From: Thermoplasmatales archaeon
GTDB taxonomy: Archaea > Thermoplasmatota > Thermoplasmata > Thermoplasmatales > Thermoplasmataceae
NCBI GenBank assembly: GCA_027310185.1
Contig: DAIDBH010000018.1
Coordinates: forward strand, 244,228 to 308,227
Length of the DNA: 64,000 nucleotides
Reading direction: 5' to 3'
Shown here piece by piece: positions 59,910 to 64,000 of the stretch (its first letter is position 1; every line of letters starts with the position of its first letter). Below the pieces are notes generated by a model, which was given only the letters and a program-made list of their open reading frames with translations, was not told the origin of the DNA and ran no database searches. Position numbers and translations under genes: made by a program.

Positions 59910-60815
59910 TCAATTGTTGGGGAGTCTTTTCCTCTCAACAGTTGAAATGAGCATTTCAAGTATCTTGCCTCTTATTATTGATGGGTCAACGGTGTTGAAT
60001 TCTCCCTTAATGAGTATTACATATGTATTGAGAGTTGTTTCATCAATTGCTAGAAAAGGTTCGTTTCTCAATTCATCCATCTGTTTGAGATTTTTAAGTA
60101 TATCATCCTTTACCAGTTCAAACTTCAAATATTTAGGGATTTCATATCTTACCTGCACAACTGGAGTCTTTGAAGTGATTCTATAGGCTCCCTGCGTCAG
60201 CACATTATTTGCTATTTTAACTACCTCCCCACCATCTGTAACCAGTGTTGTATAATTTATGCTGATATCCCTTACCTTCCCAACAAATCCGTTGTTATAC
60301 AGGAAATCACTTGAAAAATATTTTGGAGCTACCACTGCAAAGGATATGCTGAACTGCCATGCGTGAATCCATACCCTATCTCCTATCTTGAATGGGCGGG
60401 TAATTATAAGAAGCAGTCCTGCGAACTGATTGGCAAGGACGCTCTGAGATGCAAGACCTATAACTGCAGCCAGGAACGTGCTTCCAAGTATGATTGATGA
60501 AATATCGATGCCAAAAGAAGCAATTACAGCCAGTGCTATTATGAAATAGCCAACCATTCTCACCATGAATACTATGGGGTGCAGTGTTGATTCATCCATG
60601 AACCTCCCAAGAACCCTTCTTATGTATGTGAGCACAATTCTAACGACTACATAGGAAATTATTGCTATAATTGCCGCATCTATGAACTTGGAATAGGTAG
60701 ATGGTATTACCTTCAATATTTGTGTTACTACAAAAACCACGATAAGAAGACCTGCAAGCAGGACGATCAGCGATCCCAGTGCGAGGAAACGATCTTTCTG
60801 CTTCTTATTTTCCAT
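59910..60815 (-). CDS. MscS-family mechanosensitive channel
   Basis: IGLASQ--LAN-FAG----RPFKIGD, G-V-DI---YT and V-I-N motifs. Confidence 0.92.
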   Translation of the reverse strand: MENKKQKDRFLALGSLIVLLAGLLIVVFVVTQILKVIPSTYSKFIDAAIIAIISYVVVRIVLTYIRRVLGRFMDESTLHPIVFMVRMVGYFIIALAVIASFGIDISSIILGSTFLAAVIGLASQSVLANQFAGLLLIITRPFKIGDRVWIHAWQFSISFAVVAPKYFSSDFLYNNGFVGKVRDISINYTTLVTDGGEVVKIANNVLTQGAYRITSKTPVVQVRYEIPKYLKFELVKDDILKNLKQMDELRNEPFLAIDETTLNTYVILIKGEFNTVDPSIIRGKILEMLISTVERKRLPNN

Positions 60816-60959
60816 CCCTGATTAATGCTTTTTTCAGTTAAATACTTTTTAATGAATAGGAAATTGTTCTAACACCTTTACAAACTTTTGAGCAAGAAAT
60901 CTCAGATCTTTAGAGAGGAGATGAATTGCGAACGAAATGATAATACAGATACGATTAAT

Positions 60960-61112
60960 AAGGAGGGTATACCCATGGGCAGTGGGAAATCTAAGCCTGA
61001 TAAACCATCTAAAAAGGATGGTGGGAGATGGAGTAAGACCTTCGGATCGCATGAAGAAGGCACTGTCGGTGAAGCAGGAAGCTCCGGTGCTTTAGCATGA
61101 AGAGGATGTCAG
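60960..61112 (+). mobile_element. IS200/IS605-family right-end remnant (tnpB 3' end/omega-RNA-like), no tnpB or tnpA
   Basis: GGCACTGTCGGTGAAGCAGGAAGCTCC-GGTGC-TTTA-GCATGAAGAGGATGTCA resembles IS605-group subterminal hairpin and TCA(N) end. Upstream ACCCATGG-CAGTGGGAAAT-TAAGCCTG resembles tnpB-terminal sequence. Recognised from memory, not aligned. Confidence 0.65.
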
Positions 61113-61206
61113 ATACCTAGGAACAGTAAAGTTGTGTTCCTTAAAAAAATTCTATCCACTTTTTAGAAAAAAATCAGATTTAAAAAGTTTCATAAATAGT
61201 TCATGA

Positions 61207-61680
61207 TTATCCATTTGAAGAGTATTTGTAAGGATCATGGAGTCCACCTTTTCCCGTTCTTGATATTTTTCCGTTTCTTTCAAGAATAGTTAGGGAAAAG
61301 CCAATTTGCTTTTTTAGAGCTTGAGGATTATTTGGACTTTTCTGATACGTTTGTAAGTACAGATTGTATACTTCCTTCCTTCCATTGGCTTCATCAGAGT
61401 CTTCAATCAATCTTAGAACTTCAGTAATTAAGTCTGAGGGAGGTGTCAATGGAACTAATTCCTCTTGCTTGTCTATAAGTGGTTTTTTCTGATCGACTGT
61501 CTTTCCAATTTTCTTATATTTGCTATTAATATACAGAAATTCATTCTTAGTATCCTCTCGATTCAGTGGGCCTATATGTCTCAATACTATGGTTCTGCCA
61601 ACTTTTTTCAAAGGATCCCAACGATATTCAACTTCTTGAGCATATTTTCTTCCTTTTACTTTTATTATTCGAATCGACAT
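61207..61680 (-). CDS. Putative DNA-binding protein of mobile-element origin (N-terminal beta-sheet domain plus C-terminal wHTH)
   Basis: IRIIKVKGRKYAQ-V---WD---K-----LRHIG resembles SSV-integrase/IS1634 N-termini; L--LE-NG-I-R-GKGG--DPY-Y resembles a wHTH wing. Confidence 0.6.
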   Translation of the reverse strand: MSIRIIKVKGRKYAQEVEYRWDPLKKVGRTIVLRHIGPLNREDTKNEFLYINSKYKKIGKTVDQKKPLIDKQEELVPLTPPSDLITEVLRLIEDSDEANGRKEVYNLYLQTYQKSPNNPQALKKQIGFSLTILERNGKISRTGKGGLHDPYKYSSNG

Positions 61681-61772
61681 TAACTATTCACGCTCCGTCA
61701 TATTACTAATTAGTTAGTAGTATTTTTACGTTTCTTTCCTTCTATGAACAAGTCAATTTTGTTTTTTCTTTG

Positions 61773-61808
61773 TTAAATAATGGTATATGTACATATACCA
61801 TTATTTAA
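61773..61808. repeat. Perfect 36-bp palindrome TTAAATAATGGTATATGT|ACATATACCATTATTTAA
   Basis: 18+18 exact reverse complement with no spacer, between divergent genes. Confidence 0.95.
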
Positions 61809-61874
61809 TGAGGAAAGAATGTATCTTTATGAGATTTTTCTCAGGCTGCATTGACTTTAAATAGAATATATGTA

Positions 61875-61890
61875 TTTACCAATTGGTAAA
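61875..61890. promoter_or_regulatory. 16-bp palindrome TTTACCAATTGGTAAA, candidate operator of the AbiE-like operon
   Basis: Exact palindrome ending 28 nt upstream of ATG 61918. Confidence 0.55.
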
Positions 61891-61917
61891 AGTATGTATT
61901 CTAGTAAATTTGTCTCT

Positions 61918-62976
61918 ATGAGTGAACGAGAAACCATAAATGAACTCACTAAGAAGTTACACACTTTACTCCCAAACATGAATATAGAGAATGTATCTTT
62001 AGAGGTACCCGTAGATAGACACAATCGAGCTGATGTAATGGTAAAGGTTACGGCGGGGGACAATAGAAAAAGCCTATTAATTGAAGTTAAGTCTAATGGG
62101 GAGCCAAGAATTGTCCAAAGTTCTATTTATAAACTCAATAAGATGGTTGGAACAGATAAATCGATGTACCCTGTGTTTGCAGCACCTTATGTCAGTGAGA
62201 AGTCAAGGGAGATTCTAATTTCAGAAAACATTGGCTATATTGATCTAATAGGGGATGTTTATCTGAAATTTGACTCAGTTCTTGTCGATCGTATAAGTAA
62301 CGCCGAAAGAGAGACAGAGCGTCGATCTAACAGGGGAATATTTGCTAAAAAGGCTACACGCATTATTCGAGCAATCCTTGATGAACCGAATAAAAGATGG
62401 ACGATTACAGAACTAGCTAATTTCTGTAAAATTAGCCCAGCAGGTGCCTACTTTGTTATAAATCAGCTTGAAGACAAGGGATATATCGCACGAAAAACTG
62501 ATAAAAGTATCAGTATCATAGATTCCAAAAAGCTCCTAAGGGATTGGGCATCAAACTGGACCGTTGATAAGAGCAGATCAACCGCTTTCTTCTCTTTCGC
62601 AAAAACCCCAGAAGAAATAATATCAAAAGTGGTTAAATTGAGTAATGAAACGGGTTTGATATATGCCTTAACGGGAATGGCAGGAGCTTCAATGGTATCG
62701 CCATTTGTAAGGTATAACGATGTTTGGATTTACACATCTGGAAATATAGATGAACTGGTTAAGAACCTTGACCTTAGGCCAACGACATCTGGAGCAAACA
62801 TAAGAATTTTTGATCCCTATGACGAGGGCATTTTTATGGGCTCCAGGAAAATCAGGGGTGTAAATGTGGTTAGTGACATTCAACTCTATGTTGATTTATT
62901 CACATATCCGGCCCGTGGACAGGAGCAGGCAGAAAGACTTCTTGAGAAAAATATAAAGGTGGTGGAAAACTCTTGA
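61918..62976 (+). CDS. Type IV TA antitoxin AbiEi-like (PD-(D/E)xK-like N-terminus, wHTH, AbiEi C-terminus)
   Basis: AD...IEVK, APY-S-R-L--I-YIDL-G, WT--ELA...L---GY, LL--WA, YALTG--GA and Q-Y-DL-----RG-EQAE motifs. Confidence 0.8.
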   Translation: MSERETINELTKKLHTLLPNMNIENVSLEVPVDRHNRADVMVKVTAGDNRKSLLIEVKSNGEPRIVQSSIYKLNKMVGTDKSMYPVFAAPYVSEKSREILISENIGYIDLIGDVYLKFDSVLVDRISNAERETERRSNRGIFAKKATRIIRAILDEPNKRWTITELANFCKISPAGAYFVINQLEDKGYIARKTDKSISIIDSKKLLRDWASNWTVDKSRSTAFFSFAKTPEEIISKVVKLSNETGLIYALTGMAGASMVSPFVRYNDVWIYTSGNIDELVKNLDLRPTTSGANIRIFDPYDEGIFMGSRKIRGVNVVSDIQLYVDLFTYPARGQEQAERLLEKNIKVVENS

Positions 62977-63836
62977 ATACGCGCTACTCATCGGCATTTG
63001 AGGATCAATTAATTAGCACATCTAAACGTGCACTCATTGAACTGATTCGAACCCTTAGGCCTTACAAGGAGGCAATTGTTTTAGTTGGAGGATGGGTACC
63101 ATATTTGTTACTGGAAGCTCACAAATCGCTAACGGATAATTTTAGGCACGTTGGTTCAATAGACATAGATCTTGTCTTAGACCCCAAATTTGTTGGAGAG
63201 CATCAGTATCAAACAATTGTTGAGTTAATTGTAGAATCAGGTTGGAACCAGGTAAGCAACAAAAAGTTCACCTTCGAAAAGAGTATCAAGGGGGAAGATA
63301 ACGTTTTCAGAGAGATAACTGTAGATTTTTTGACTCTTCAAGAAAATAGTCAGGGGAAGAAGCATCGACATAGAGAGATTCAACCAGATTTGATGGCCCG
63401 CACCATGGTAGGAGCAGAAATAAGTCTAGAGCATAACTTCTGGCACTCCATTAAAGGCGAAATGCCTAACGGTGCTGTAACAGAAATCAACTTCAAAATG
63501 CTTGATGTTGTAGGATGCATTGGTAGCAAGGGTATGGCTCTGGGAGACCGCTATAAGCACAAAGACGCTTATGACATAGTTTCTGTGCTGGACCATTATG
63601 GAGAAGGTGTGAATGAAGTAGCAAGAAAATTTTCTCCTTTCTTAAAGGAATTGAACATCGAGGAATCCCTGAAAAAAATAAGCGAAAAGTTTTCGAATGA
63701 AAGATCAGAGGGACCAGTATTATACGCAGATTTTTTGGAACCTCTCAATAAAGAGGAACGGGACCTTTACATACGAAGAGGGTACATGATAGTTTCTGAA
63801 TTTCTGTTAAAAAGTGGATTTCAAAGAAAACTTTAA
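62973..63836 (+). CDS. AbiEii-like nucleotidyltransferase toxin
   Basis: LVGGW-P, H-GS-DID, VDFL and K--A---R---KDAYDI motifs; TTGA overlap with the antitoxin gene. Confidence 0.82.
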   Translation: MNTRYSSAFEDQLISTSKRALIELIRTLRPYKEAIVLVGGWVPYLLLEAHKSLTDNFRHVGSIDIDLVLDPKFVGEHQYQTIVELIVESGWNQVSNKKFTFEKSIKGEDNVFREITVDFLTLQENSQGKKHRHREIQPDLMARTMVGAEISLEHNFWHSIKGEMPNGAVTEINFKMLDVVGCIGSKGMALGDRYKHKDAYDIVSVLDHYGEGVNEVARKFSPFLKELNIEESLKKISEKFSNERSEGPVLYADFLEPLNKEERDLYIRRGYMIVSEFLLKSGFQRKL

Positions 63837-64000
63837 ACCGAAATTATTTTTAGGATATAGAGGTTTTCTAATTTCCTCTTGATTTGCTGCAGGAATACCA
63901 TAACCTGATAATTTTCTTAGAAAATATGATAAGTTCTACCTTTTACTTCCAGTGTTATGCTCTTTTTCCCTCTACTTTCACCTAAATTTCTTAAATAATT

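Noticed and set aside
60888-61100. 70-aa ORF over the IS605-like remnant
   Set aside because: No RuvC or Zn-finger motifs; better explained as incidental reading through a non-coding element end.
1-64000. CRISPR array, rRNA genes, intact transposase or integrase
   Set aside because: No regularly spaced repeats, rRNA-like GC-rich tracts or catalytic recombinase ORFs were seen by eye.

Overview
Archaeal chromosomal segment, most consistent with an acidophilic Thermoplasmatales member. This is inferred from the archaeal information genes, GGTGA-type Shine-Dalgarno motifs, TATA boxes before leaderless starts and a probable mevalonate-3-phosphate 5-kinase. Most of the window is core genome: ubiX, pelota, nth, srp54, TFS, an SBDS-rrp4-rrp41-rrp42-L37ae-rpo12-pus10-L21e-rpo4-DUF655-ksgA superoperon, serS, hel308-trm5-uppS-tiaS-AK6-CDP-alcohol phosphotransferase, ribD-C-ahcY-apgM, EF-1beta, fibrillarin, alaS, aroC and mscS. 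There are four accessory patches. (i) Around tRNA-Leu(TAG) lie an intact MazF-type TA pair bracketed by a 17-bp direct repeat, a VapBC pair with both genes frameshifted, and MBL/VOC/SDR genes. (ii) At 26.7-31.8 kb are a CWC microprotein, two paralogous membrane proteins and a TauE-DUF1634-GltD-like cluster. (iii) At 42.3-43.2 kb is a secreted-protein pseudogene with two in-frame TAA codons. (iv) At the right edge is an apparent island with an IS200/IS605 right-end/omega-RNA-like remnant lacking tnpB, a divergent DNA-binding gene, a perfect 36-bp palindrome and an AbiEi/AbiEii-like pair. Four small genes missing from the ORF track were read by hand. Three genes appear to need near-cognate start codons (ATT, ACG, CTG). 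All product calls come from motif recognition by eye; no searches were run.
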